In this document: piece by piece, positions 1-8,658 of the stretch
Position numbering within the stretch: position 1 is the stretch's first letter
Layout of the letters: every line of letters starts with the position of its first letter
The notes under the pieces: generated by a model
Databases searched by the model: none
Seen by the model: the letters and a program-made list of their open reading frames with translations, nothing else
Told to the model about the DNA's origin: nothing
Program-made: the position numbers and the translations under genes
NCBI GenBank assembly: GCA_963700635.1
Contig: CAVOYH010000004.1
Span: forward strand, 384,001 to 448,000
Reading direction: 5' to 3'
DNA: 64,000 nt
DNA from: an uncultured Bacteroidota bacterium
GTDB taxonomy: Bacteria; Bacteroidota; Ignavibacteria; UBA10030; UBA6906

Positions 1-57
1 GCCTTGCGGAACGGGGGATCCTGTAAGTTTTATGGATCTGCAGCGTGGAATATTTAT

Positions 58-86
58 TTGACAAAGACCTCTTTTTTTCCTATAAT
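58..86 (+). promoter_or_regulatory. sigma70-type promoter, perfect consensus
   Basis: TTGACA (58-63), 17 nt spacer, TATAAT (81-86), upstream of the ORF at 150. Confidence 0.85.
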
Positions 87-149
87 TAGATGATTTAATT
101 CCCTAATCCAAGTACCCCATAGTCTAGTTCATAATTCAGGAGGGTTCAC

Positions 150-419
150 ATGTATAAACTCAACAGAAAGGTCACGACCATTGGGGTGACGCTTCTCTTC
201 TCCGGGTCGCTCCTGCTGTTTGGGTGCTCTTCGGGTCCCGACGAGGCCCAGATGAAGCAGCTCCAGACGCTGAAGGATGAAGTGGCCCAGCTCCAGAAGG
301 AAATCAAGGAGAAAGATGGGAAGAAGGCAGAGTTGGATCGTATCATTGCAGAAAAGAATGCAAAACTTAAGAAATGCAACGACGACCAGCAAATCGTGAA
401 ACAACGGCTCGCAAAGTAA
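150..419 (+). CDS. small coiled-coil lipoprotein
   Basis: Basic N-terminus, hydrophobic stretch, lipobox LLFG-C; heptad-rich mature region; SD AGGAGG upstream; ends in Lys. Confidence 0.8.
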   Translation: MYKLNRKVTTIGVTLLFSGSLLLFGCSSGPDEAQMKQLQTLKDEVAQLQKEIKEKDGKKAELDRIIAEKNAKLKKCNDDQQIVKQRLAK

Positions 420-444
420 CACACATAGCAAGGAGTTTCTAACA

Positions 445-1221
445 ATGAAATTGAATAGCATAGTATTCTTCCTGCTTGCGGCCGTGCTCATCCTGTCGTT
501 CGGACTTGCGACTGCACAGGAGATGACCAAGGACCAATGGCAGCAGGAACTGACCAAGATAACACAGACGCGCGATGAACTCCAGGCAAAGATGAAAACC
601 CTGGATGCTTCGATTGCCAGCGCGAACTCGATGTCCGTCAAACTTGACGCCGACTACGAGAAATGTCTGGACGAATTGTATGCCCTCGTCGGCTCCGATC
701 GCGAAAAGGCGTCTGCCTATCGTGACGAACTTGATGCAGCGGAAGCCAAAGCGGCTGAACTCATGCGTCTCTCGGACGCCGACCTGCTGGCGCGCAGCAG
801 TGAAGTCACCGATCTCGAGGCGAAGTCGAAAGAGCTGTGGGGAAACAAACTTTCGCTGATCCCCGAATTCTGGGATCGCCTCACCGAGCTTGACAATAAG
901 GTGAAGAGCCTGAAGACCACGCTGGCCAACCAGGTGCAGGTGTATACGGTCGGTACCTGGGCCCAGGATCGGGATTGCCTCTGGAATATCTCCAAGAAAC
1001 CGGCGATCTACGGTAATGCATGGCTCTGGCCGCGTATCTGGCAGGGAAATCGGGATCAGATTAAGGATCCTGATGTCATCCGCCGCGGACAGAAGTTGAC
1101 GATTCCGAAGGGCAACGTGATGACCGCGGAAGAGACTAGCGCAGCAAAGAAATATTACGCGAAAAAGGCAGCGGCTGACGCCGCCGCCATGACGACTCCG
1201 GCCACAGTACCGGCCAAGTAG
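445..1221 (+). CDS. exported coiled-coil protein with C-terminal LysM peptidoglycan-binding domain
   Basis: Signal peptide (ATA-QE); long helical region; YTVG..DCLWNIS..IYGNAWLWPRIWQGNRDQIKDPDVIRRGQKLTIP LysM pattern; SD AAGGAG. Confidence 0.85.
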   Translation: MKLNSIVFFLLAAVLILSFGLATAQEMTKDQWQQELTKITQTRDELQAKMKTLDASIASANSMSVKLDADYEKCLDELYALVGSDREKASAYRDELDAAEAKAAELMRLSDADLLARSSEVTDLEAKSKELWGNKLSLIPEFWDRLTELDNKVKSLKTTLANQVQVYTVGTWAQDRDCLWNISKKPAIYGNAWLWPRIWQGNRDQIKDPDVIRRGQKLTIPKGNVMTAEETSAAKKYYAKKAAADAAAMTTPATVPAK

Positions 1222-1248
1222 TAGTTCATGCGTCCTCGCGTCGATTCG

Positions 1249-1288
1249 AACCCCCTTCCCAGTGTCCGCACAGGGAAGGGGGTTTTTG
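1249..1288 (+). terminator. intrinsic terminator after lipoprotein-LysM operon
   Basis: AACCCCCTTCCC / GGGAAGGGGGTT 12-bp stem followed by a T run. Confidence 0.85.
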
Positions 1289-1312
1289 TCTTTATCGGAG
1301 AGCATACGGAAC

Positions 1313-2332
1313 GTGATTGAGAAAAAAATCAAGATCGAGGGTGCCGACACATTCGGACTCGTCGGACTGAATGACTCCAACCTGGAGATCGTGGAACGGC
1401 GTTTTGATGCTACGGTCGTCGTGCGGGGTGACCTGATCACGTTGCGCGGAACTGCTGACGAGGTTGATCACCTTGAAAAAATCTTCAAAGAGCTCCTGTT
1501 CCTACTGAGGAAGAATGGATCGCTTACGACGAACGACGTCGAGACAGTCATTGATCTTGTGACCGCAAATGGTGAACCCGCGGTGCCCAAGTCTCTCGCC
1601 TCCGGCCTGTCGAAGGACGAGCTGGACGCGGTCATCCTCTTTACAAAGAACCAGATCATCCGGTCAAAGACACCGGGCCAGCGCGAGTATCTCCGGCAGA
1701 TTCGTTCGAACGACATTGTCTTCGCCATAGGCCCGGCAGGAACTGGAAAAACGTATCTGGCGGTCGCCTTTGCGGTCGCCAGTCTGAAGAACAATGAGAT
1801 CACAAAAATTGTGCTTACCCGCCCGGCTGTTGAGGCTGGGGAAAGCCTCGGCTTCCTGCCCGGGGACCTCAAGGAAAAAATCGATCCGTATCTTCGCCCG
1901 TTGTACGATGCGCTGGATGATATGCTTCCCGGCGAAAAACTCCGGACGTATGTTGAGAAGCGGGTTATCGAAATTGCCCCTCTCGCGTACATGCGGGGCC
2001 GCACACTCAATAACGCGTTTGTCATTCTGGATGAAGCACAGAATGCCTCAGCCATGCAGATGAAAATGTTTCTTACGCGCCTCGGACCCAACTCCCGTGC
2101 CATCGTGACCGGGGATGTGACCCAGATTGATCTTCCCAGCAAACAGAGCTCCGGATTAGTGCAAATTCAGGAAGTGCTGCGGGGCGTGGGTGGAATTTCG
2201 TTTGTGTATTTTGACAAACAGGATGTTGTGCGGCATCGGCTGGTGAAGGACATCATTGACGCCTATGAGAAGTACCACAACGGCGGGCACCATGCCGGAG
2301 AGGCCGGCCAGAGCCCGGCAGGCGGGATGTGA
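1313..2332 (+). CDS. phoH: PhoH family ATPase (PhoH/YbeZ)
   Basis: GPAGTGKTYLA Walker A, RPAVEAGESLGFLPGDL, ILDEAQN, GDVTQIDLP; start moved to GTG 1313, downstream of the terminator. Confidence 0.93.
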   Translation: MIEKKIKIEGADTFGLVGLNDSNLEIVERRFDATVVVRGDLITLRGTADEVDHLEKIFKELLFLLRKNGSLTTNDVETVIDLVTANGEPAVPKSLASGLSKDELDAVILFTKNQIIRSKTPGQREYLRQIRSNDIVFAIGPAGTGKTYLAVAFAVASLKNNEITKIVLTRPAVEAGESLGFLPGDLKEKIDPYLRPLYDALDDMLPGEKLRTYVEKRVIEIAPLAYMRGRTLNNAFVILDEAQNASAMQMKMFLTRLGPNSRAIVTGDVTQIDLPSKQSSGLVQIQEVLRGVGGISFVYFDKQDVVRHRLVKDIIDAYEKYHNGGHHAGEAGQSPAGGM

Positions 2333-2358
2333 CGGGTTGGCGCGTTCGCGTCATCCTC

Positions 2359-3180
2359 TCAGGTTTTCTTGACGGTTTTCTTCTGACGCACGCGTGAACG
2401 TTTCTTCTTCTTTGCTTCCTCCCACAACGTGTCCATCTCCTGTAATGAACTGTCATGAGCGGTTTTTCCCCTCTTGGCCAGCTCCGCCTCGATATAATGG
2501 AACCGTGAGGTGAATTTCTTGATCGTGCTCCGGAGCGCATTTTCCGGATTGATGTGGAGGAATCGGGCATAATTGACGAGCGCGAACAGCAGATCGCCGA
2601 ATTCCTCTTCACGGCGAATGTGTTTCGTTCCGCGCAGCGCCTCGCGGACTTCCTCCAGCTCTTCACGGACTTTCTTCCAGACCTGCTCCTCGTTCTCCCA
2701 GTCGAATCCCACTTTTGCAGCCCGTTGTTGGACCCTCAGTGCTCTGATCAGTGCCGGCATGTGCTGTGGGATCCCCTCGAGCACAGAGGTGCGGCCTTCC
2801 TTCATCTTGAGCCGCTCCCAATTATCCTTGACCTCCTCCGCTGTGTCTACCTTCAACGTTCCAAAGACATGCGGGTGGCGGCGGATCAGCTTGTCCGTCT
2901 CCTGCGCGAACACGTCGCGCAAGGAAAACTCTCCGGACTGCTCGGCGATGGTTGCCTGGAGAACAACGTGAAGCATCAGATCGCCCAGTTCTTTGCTGAG
3001 TTCCCGCATATCGCCGTCATCCAAGGCATCCACGACTTCGTATGTTTCTTCGATGAGGGCGTGACGCAGAGATTTATGGGTCTGCTTCCGGTCCCAGGGA
3101 CAATCGCGACGGAGACGGCGGACTACCCGGACGAAGGCAAGAAATTCCTTCTGTGGAATGGTGGGATATGCTCTGGGCAT
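2359..3180 (-). CDS. mazG: nucleoside triphosphate pyrophosphohydrolase MazG
   Basis: CPWDRKQTH, EETYEV, ELGDL, KLIRRHPHVFG, second EEFGDLLF domain. Confidence 0.95.
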   Translation of the reverse strand: MPRAYPTIPQKEFLAFVRVVRRLRRDCPWDRKQTHKSLRHALIEETYEVVDALDDGDMRELSKELGDLMLHVVLQATIAEQSGEFSLRDVFAQETDKLIRRHPHVFGTLKVDTAEEVKDNWERLKMKEGRTSVLEGIPQHMPALIRALRVQQRAAKVGFDWENEEQVWKKVREELEEVREALRGTKHIRREEEFGDLLFALVNYARFLHINPENALRSTIKKFTSRFHYIEAELAKRGKTAHDSSLQEMDTLWEEAKKKKRSRVRQKKTVKKT

Positions 3181-3257
3181 GGAGAATCCTGAGGTGTGTG
3201 CGCTGGTTGTTCCGAAAGATGTATTTGGAGTGACAACGTAGCCAAATCAACTCTGAC

Positions 3258-3286
3258 TTGCAATCTTCCCTGTTTCTTCCTATCGT
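3258..3286 (+). promoter_or_regulatory. putative sigma70 promoter
   Basis: TTGCAA-N17-TATCGT upstream of the amidohydrolase. Confidence 0.5.
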
Positions 3287-3331
3287 GGGTCGTTGTTCAG
3301 CAGATCTTCCTCCAACCCAAGGGTTGCTCAC

Positions 3332-5029
3332 ATGCGCAAACTGGTTCTCATACTTCTCGGTGCAGCCGCCGGTCTGGCCCTTCTGTGGTTTCTCACCCGA
3401 CCCGAACACGCCGATATGCTGCTCGTCAACGGTATCGTGTATACCATGGATGCGGGAGGGGCGGTCGCCGAAGCCGTTGTTATCAGGGACGGAACTGTCA
3501 TCGGCGTGGGCCCGGCGGCTGAGATGAGAGATCGATTTGTGGCAGACACGGTGATAGATCTTGGGGGCAAGCCCGTCTATCCCGGTTTCGTGGATGCCCA
3601 TGCGCATCTCGAGGGGCTCGGTATCGCGCTCATGACTGTTGATCTCTCCGGCAGTGTCTCCATTGAAGAGGTGCAATCCCGTGTTCAAACGGACCTCCGG
3701 AATTCCGGGGGGCAATCCTGGGTGCGCGGCCGGGGATGGGATCAGAATCGATGGGCTGGCAAAAAGTTTCCATCCCGGATGGATCTCGATGCGGTAAGTG
3801 TTTCCACCCCGGTATTTCTGGTGCGGATTGATGGACATGCGGCATGGGTAAATAGTAAGGCACTCGAGCTGGCGGGAATCAGTTCGGCAACGCCTGATCC
3901 GCCTGGCGGCAGAATTCTGCGTGATGAAAACGGGAACCCCAGCGGAGTGCTCATTGACAACGCCATCGAAGCAGTACGCACGGTCATGCCCGGGCCCACC
4001 CGGGAGGACCGTATCCGTGCCGTTCGCCTGGCCGTGAACGAATGCCTGAGTGTCGGGCTGACAGGAATTCACGACATGGGTGTGGATCTGGAACTCATCA
4101 ACATCTACAAGGAATTGATCACCAACGGAGAATTCCCGTTCCGTATCTATGCAGCAATTGACGGACCGGGTCCGACCTGGGACTCACTCCGTGTCTCCGG
4201 TCCCGTGCTGGGCTTCGGGGATGATCATCTTACCATCCGTGCTCTCAAACTCTACGCTGACGGTGCACTCGGTTCACGGGGCGCCGCGCTCCTTGAACCC
4301 TACAGCGACGATCCGGGTAATCGCGGAATCACCATGCTGTCGTCCGGAGAAATGAAGGCCCTGGTACAGGATGCCGTGAAAGCGGGGTTCCAGGTGTGCA
4401 CCCATGCGATCGGAGACAGGGCCAATGCTATGACCCTTGATGTGTATGAGGAGGTCCTTCGGTCTTCCACACGTGATGCCCGGGATGTTCGGCTCCGGAT
4501 TGAACACGCTCAGGTGCTCTCACCGGAAGACATACCACGATTTGCCAGACTGGGCGTAATTCCCTCCATGCAGCCTACACACTGCACATCGGACATGCCA
4601 TGGGCGATTGAACGGCTGGGGGAGAAGCGCGCGCGGTATGCCTATGCATGGCGATCGCTGCTGGATGCGGGTAGCATCATCCCTGCGGGTTCAGATTTCC
4701 CGGTTGAACACCCATCGCCGCTGCTCGGATACTCGGCTTCCGTAACGCGGCAGAATGAATCAGGATACCCTGCCGGGGGATGGTCTCCGGAGCAGCGAAT
4801 GACAAGAATAGAAGCGCTGAAGGGCTTCACACTCTGGCCTGCCTATGCGGGAAAAAATGAAAGTCGATCGGGTTCTCTTGAAGTGGGGAAACATGCCGAT
4901 CTGACCGTTCTCCATCAGGACATTATGACCATTCCGGATGACCGGCTTGCCTCGGCTCGTGTTGCGTTGACCATCGTGGCCGGGAAGATCGTCTATCGAG
5001 GCGAGGAATCCTCCGGAAATACTCAATGA
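3332..5029 (+). CDS. amidohydrolase family 3 (YtcJ-like) metal-dependent hydrolase with N-terminal anchor/signal
   Basis: PGFVDAHAH, KLYADGALGSRGA, HAIGDRAN, RIEHAQ, GSDFPVE; start at ATG 3332. Confidence 0.9.
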   Translation: MRKLVLILLGAAAGLALLWFLTRPEHADMLLVNGIVYTMDAGGAVAEAVVIRDGTVIGVGPAAEMRDRFVADTVIDLGGKPVYPGFVDAHAHLEGLGIALMTVDLSGSVSIEEVQSRVQTDLRNSGGQSWVRGRGWDQNRWAGKKFPSRMDLDAVSVSTPVFLVRIDGHAAWVNSKALELAGISSATPDPPGGRILRDENGNPSGVLIDNAIEAVRTVMPGPTREDRIRAVRLAVNECLSVGLTGIHDMGVDLELINIYKELITNGEFPFRIYAAIDGPGPTWDSLRVSGPVLGFGDDHLTIRALKLYADGALGSRGAALLEPYSDDPGNRGITMLSSGEMKALVQDAVKAGFQVCTHAIGDRANAMTLDVYEEVLRSSTRDARDVRLRIEHAQVLSPEDIPRFARLGVIPSMQPTHCTSDMPWAIERLGEKRARYAYAWRSLLDAGSIIPAGSDFPVEHPSPLLGYSASVTRQNESGYPAGGWSPEQRMTRIEALKGFTLWPAYAGKNESRSGSLEVGKHADLTVLHQDIMTIPDDRLASARVALTIVAGKIVYRGEESSGNTQ

Positions 5030-5080
5030 AGAAAACGGATGTTTATCCGGCCCGGACGATCATGCTGAGGGTTCACACTC

Positions 5081-6310
5081 ATGCAATCTGTTGAGCGGCG
5101 CAATATCATCATCAATATCTCCGAGGGAGCGCTCTACATTTCATCCACGGCGTTTATTTCTCCCCAGACTGTTGTGCCGGCAATGGTCGCCCGGCTGGGG
5201 GGGACGAATGTTGAGATCGGGACGCTGGGGGTGCTGGTCTATCTGGGACTCTATATCCCTCAGCTCTTCGCTGCACGGTATGTGGAAACGCTCCCCTGGA
5301 AAAAGCCCTGGTCCATTTTCTTCGGTACCGCACAACGCACCGTGATCCTGTTTATGGGCCTTCTTGTGCTGCTCTTCGGCGATCTTCAAAGCGGCACCGT
5401 GCTCTGGGCGTTTCTTCTTCTCTTCTTTTTGAATTCCATTATGGGCGGCATTGCGACGCCGGGGTGGTTTGACCTATTTGCAAAACTGACATCCGTGAAA
5501 AAGCGCGGCCGGTTGGTGGGCATCCGAAATTCCCTTGGAGGAGTTGGTGCGTTTTTGGGTGGATTCATTCTGACCTGGTTGCTGGCGACGTACATGTTCC
5601 CCGTGAGTTATGCTGTCGGGTTCTTTATTGCGTTCCTGCTTCAGATGTCCTCGATTGTCGTGCAGTCACGGCTGATTGAATCCGATCCCAGCCCGGTGGT
5701 GCCCGGCCGGTCCATGATGGCCTTCCTCCGGAATCTTCCCGCTGTACTCAAATCCAACCCGGAATTCGGCCGATTCCTCTTCGCTTCCGCCTTTCTTGTC
5801 ATCGCCATGGTGCCCTCGGGATTTTTTACGGTCTATGTTCTCAGGGATTTTCAGGCTGATGAATCTGTAGTCGGACAGTACACACTCGCGATGGTCTCGA
5901 TTCAGGTTGTGAGCGCCCTGGCCATCGGTTTTATCACCGACCGGTATGGCAACAAGACTGCCCTGCTGTGCACATCCGCCGCAATGCTTCTCGCCAGCAC
6001 ATGGGCACTCTTTGCGCCCTCCCCCGGATGGTTTACGCTCGTGTACGTCTTCTTGGGGATCACGCTGGGCGGGGAAATGATGGCACGGTTCAACATGGCG
6101 ATCGAATACTGCCCGCCGGAATTACGATCCTCATTCGTGGGATTGATGAATACCGTGCTCGCGCCGTGTTATCTCGCCGGCCTTGCCGGTGGTGTCATCA
6201 GTGACGCCGTAGGGTATCAGGGCGTTTTTCTTCTGGGAATTCTGTGTTCTCTCATCGGAAGCTACCTCCTCATAACACGGGTCCGCGATCCGCGGCAGAT
6301 GGCGGAATGA
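5081..6310 (+). CDS. MFS transporter
   Basis: About 12 hydrophobic segments; GFITDRYGNK motif-A-like loop. Confidence 0.85.
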   Translation: MQSVERRNIIINISEGALYISSTAFISPQTVVPAMVARLGGTNVEIGTLGVLVYLGLYIPQLFAARYVETLPWKKPWSIFFGTAQRTVILFMGLLVLLFGDLQSGTVLWAFLLLFFLNSIMGGIATPGWFDLFAKLTSVKKRGRLVGIRNSLGGVGAFLGGFILTWLLATYMFPVSYAVGFFIAFLLQMSSIVVQSRLIESDPSPVVPGRSMMAFLRNLPAVLKSNPEFGRFLFASAFLVIAMVPSGFFTVYVLRDFQADESVVGQYTLAMVSIQVVSALAIGFITDRYGNKTALLCTSAAMLLASTWALFAPSPGWFTLVYVFLGITLGGEMMARFNMAIEYCPPELRSSFVGLMNTVLAPCYLAGLAGGVISDAVGYQGVFLLGILCSLIGSYLLITRVRDPRQMAE

Positions 6311-7227
6311 CAGGCCGGAGTGGCCCAAGCACCCGGCCGGTACCGGATCAATGGACCGTGCTGTCATTGATCCAATGGTCAACCGGGCATCTTGAAGACA
6401 TGGGATTTGATGAAACCCGGCTCCACGCTGAACTTCTGCTCGCCCACGTGCTCGGGCTTAAGCGACTGCAGTTGTACCTTCAGTTTGACCGTCCGCTGAC
6501 GCCGGACGAATTGGCTTCCTTCAAGCGAGTATTCAAGCGGCGCCTGGATCATGAGCCCCTGCAGTACATCCTTGGTGAAACGGAGTTTATGGGAATAACC
6601 CTTGCTGTTGCGCCGGGCGCTCTCATTCCCAGACCGGAGACCGAGCTGCTTGTTGAAAAGGTGGTCGCTCATGTTCGCTCTCTGGACCGCGAATCAGTAC
6701 GCGTTCTGGATGTTGGCACCGGATCAGGCAATATCGCTATCGCCGTGGCACGCCTCGCTCCTTCTGCAAGGGTCACGGCCGTTGATCACAGTCCGGAGGC
6801 GCTGACGATCGCCCGCCTCAACGTCGAACGGCATCACGAAAAGCATGTATCAGTCAGGCAAGGAGATGTGCGCCAGGGTGTGTGGGACGCGGACTCGTAT
6901 GATGTGGTGGTGTCAAATCCCCCGTATATCGCCATCGATGAGTACCTGAAACTACAACCCGAAGTCCGTGATCATGAGCCCCGTATCGCCCTGACCGATG
7001 AAGGTGATGGCCTTTCGTTCTATCGTACACTTTTTGCTCTGGCAGCAAAGGTGCTGGGATCCGGAGGGAGACTCTTCTGTGAGATCGGGTATGGCCAGGC
7101 TGATGCTATCGGGCTCCTGGCCAGCTCAGCCGGCATCCAGGTTCTGGATATATTTCCCGATCTGGCCGGAATTCCCCGTGTGCTTCACGGTCGCGTAGCT
7201 GTCATGCCTGTCAACGGAAGAGGATAA
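6307..7227 (+). CDS. prmC: release factor glutamine methyltransferase
   Basis: EPLQYILG, LIPRPETELLV, LDVGTGSG, VSNPPYI; ATG overlaps the upstream TGA. Confidence 0.93.
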   Translation: MTGRSGPSTRPVPDQWTVLSLIQWSTGHLEDMGFDETRLHAELLLAHVLGLKRLQLYLQFDRPLTPDELASFKRVFKRRLDHEPLQYILGETEFMGITLAVAPGALIPRPETELLVEKVVAHVRSLDRESVRVLDVGTGSGNIAIAVARLAPSARVTAVDHSPEALTIARLNVERHHEKHVSVRQGDVRQGVWDADSYDVVVSNPPYIAIDEYLKLQPEVRDHEPRIALTDEGDGLSFYRTLFALAAKVLGSGGRLFCEIGYGQADAIGLLASSAGIQVLDIFPDLAGIPRVLHGRVAVMPVNGRG

Positions 7228-7231
7228 TGGT

Positions 7232-7705
7232 ATGCGGGTTGTTCTCCAGCGGGTGAGCGAGGCCGGGGTACAGATTGACGGGAAGGACCATGCAAAAATC
7301 TCCATCGGATATCTGATTCTGCTGGGGATACGTCAGGGTGATACGCAGGAAGACGCGCGATTTCTCGCGGACAAATGTGCGGCGCTGCGGGTATTCGAGG
7401 ACAACCAGGGGAAGATGAACCTGGGGTTGCAGGATGTGGGAGGGAGTGTACTTGTGGTCTCTCAATTTACGTTGTATGCGGACGCCCAGAAGGGAAATCG
7501 CCCCGGATTCTCGCTTGCCGCAAGGCCTGACGAGGCAAGGCCGCTCTACGAGTTCTTCGTCCAGCGCCTGCGGACGACCCTGGGAGAGGACCGTGTGCTG
7601 ACCGGTGTGTTCGGGGCAATGATGCAGGTTCACCTCGTAAATGACGGGCCGGTGACAGTAATAGTAGAGAGTCCGGTTCGCACGGCAGAAAGGTCCGGAC
7701 CGTGA
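7232..7705 (+). CDS. dtd: D-aminoacyl-tRNA deacylase
   Basis: MRVVLQRVSEA, SQFTL, GNRPGF, NDGPVT. Confidence 0.96.
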   Translation: MRVVLQRVSEAGVQIDGKDHAKISIGYLILLGIRQGDTQEDARFLADKCAALRVFEDNQGKMNLGLQDVGGSVLVVSQFTLYADAQKGNRPGFSLAARPDEARPLYEFFVQRLRTTLGEDRVLTGVFGAMMQVHLVNDGPVTVIVESPVRTAERSGP

Positions 7706-8658
7706 CCCGCGTGCTCATGATTTTTCTCGATGGTGTCGGGATAGGCCTGAAGGATCCAGGGATAAATCCCGTCGTCGCGGCACGATTGCCCTTCTTGCGG
7801 GAACTCCTTGGGGGTGAAGTCCCGACGCTCGGGAAACGGCGATGGAATGCGCCACGCGCAACGGTTCTTCCTCTGGACGCAACACTCGGAGTTCCTGGCC
7901 TGCCGCAGAGCGGCACCGGGCAGACTGCTCTTTTTACCGGAGTGAATGCGGCCAAGTTGATCGGCAAACACTTCGGGCCGTTCCCGTACTCAACTCTCCG
8001 GCCGGTGATTGAAGCACACAGCATCTTCAAACGCCTCCAGCTGGCAGGACGTGCAAGCTGTTTTGCTAACGCATTTCCACAGAAGTATTTCGACTACATT
8101 GAGAATCGGAAGACCAGAACCACCGTCACGACGTTTTCGTGCCTCACAGCCGGGATCCCGATACGACGCGCTGCTGACCTTGTCCAGGGGAAGGGGGTTT
8201 CCGCAGATATTACAGGAGAAGGGTGGGCTGCACTGGGTCATCCCACCGTCCCGGTCATCACACCGCAGGAAGCGGGACGGCGTCTTGTTGCACTGACAGG
8301 AGAGTATGAGTTTGTTCTTTTTGAATACTGGAAAACCGATCAGGCAGGGCACAGCCGGAACATGGCTGGCGCAGTGCACATCCTCGAGATGTTTGATGAT
8401 CTCCTCGGCGGTGTGCTTGAAGCAGCTGATAGTACACAGACGCTGATCGTTCTCACGAGTGACCACGGCAATATTGAAGACATTTCGACAAAGACCCATA
8501 CCCGTTATCCCGTCCCCCTGATTCTCGCCGGCACACGTCATGCCGATGTAGCCGAACGAGTTCTGCACTTCGGGGGCCGCTCGCCCGATCTCACACATGT
8601 CCTCCCGACACTTATGGAGGTTCTGGGTGCAGAGCGCGGGCAACCGCAATCACCATAG
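7702..8658 (+). CDS. alkaline-phosphatase-superfamily metalloenzyme (phosphoglycerate/phosphopentomutase-like)
   Basis: FLDGVG, LPQSGTGQT, DQAGH and SDHGN metal-ligand motifs. Confidence 0.8.
   Translation: MTRVLMIFLDGVGIGLKDPGINPVVAARLPFLRELLGGEVPTLGKRRWNAPRATVLPLDATLGVPGLPQSGTGQTALFTGVNAAKLIGKHFGPFPYSTLRPVIEAHSIFKRLQLAGRASCFANAFPQKYFDYIENRKTRTTVTTFSCLTAGIPIRRAADLVQGKGVSADITGEGWAALGHPTVPVITPQEAGRRLVALTGEYEFVLFEYWKTDQAGHSRNMAGAVHILEMFDDLLGGVLEAADSTQTLIVLTSDHGNIEDISTKTHTRYPVPLILAGTRHADVAERVLHFGGRSPDLTHVLPTLMEVLGAERGQPQSP

Noticed and set aside
1262-1312. Longer PhoH start given in the ORF track
   Set aside because: Falls inside the upstream terminator hairpin; GTG 1313 fits better
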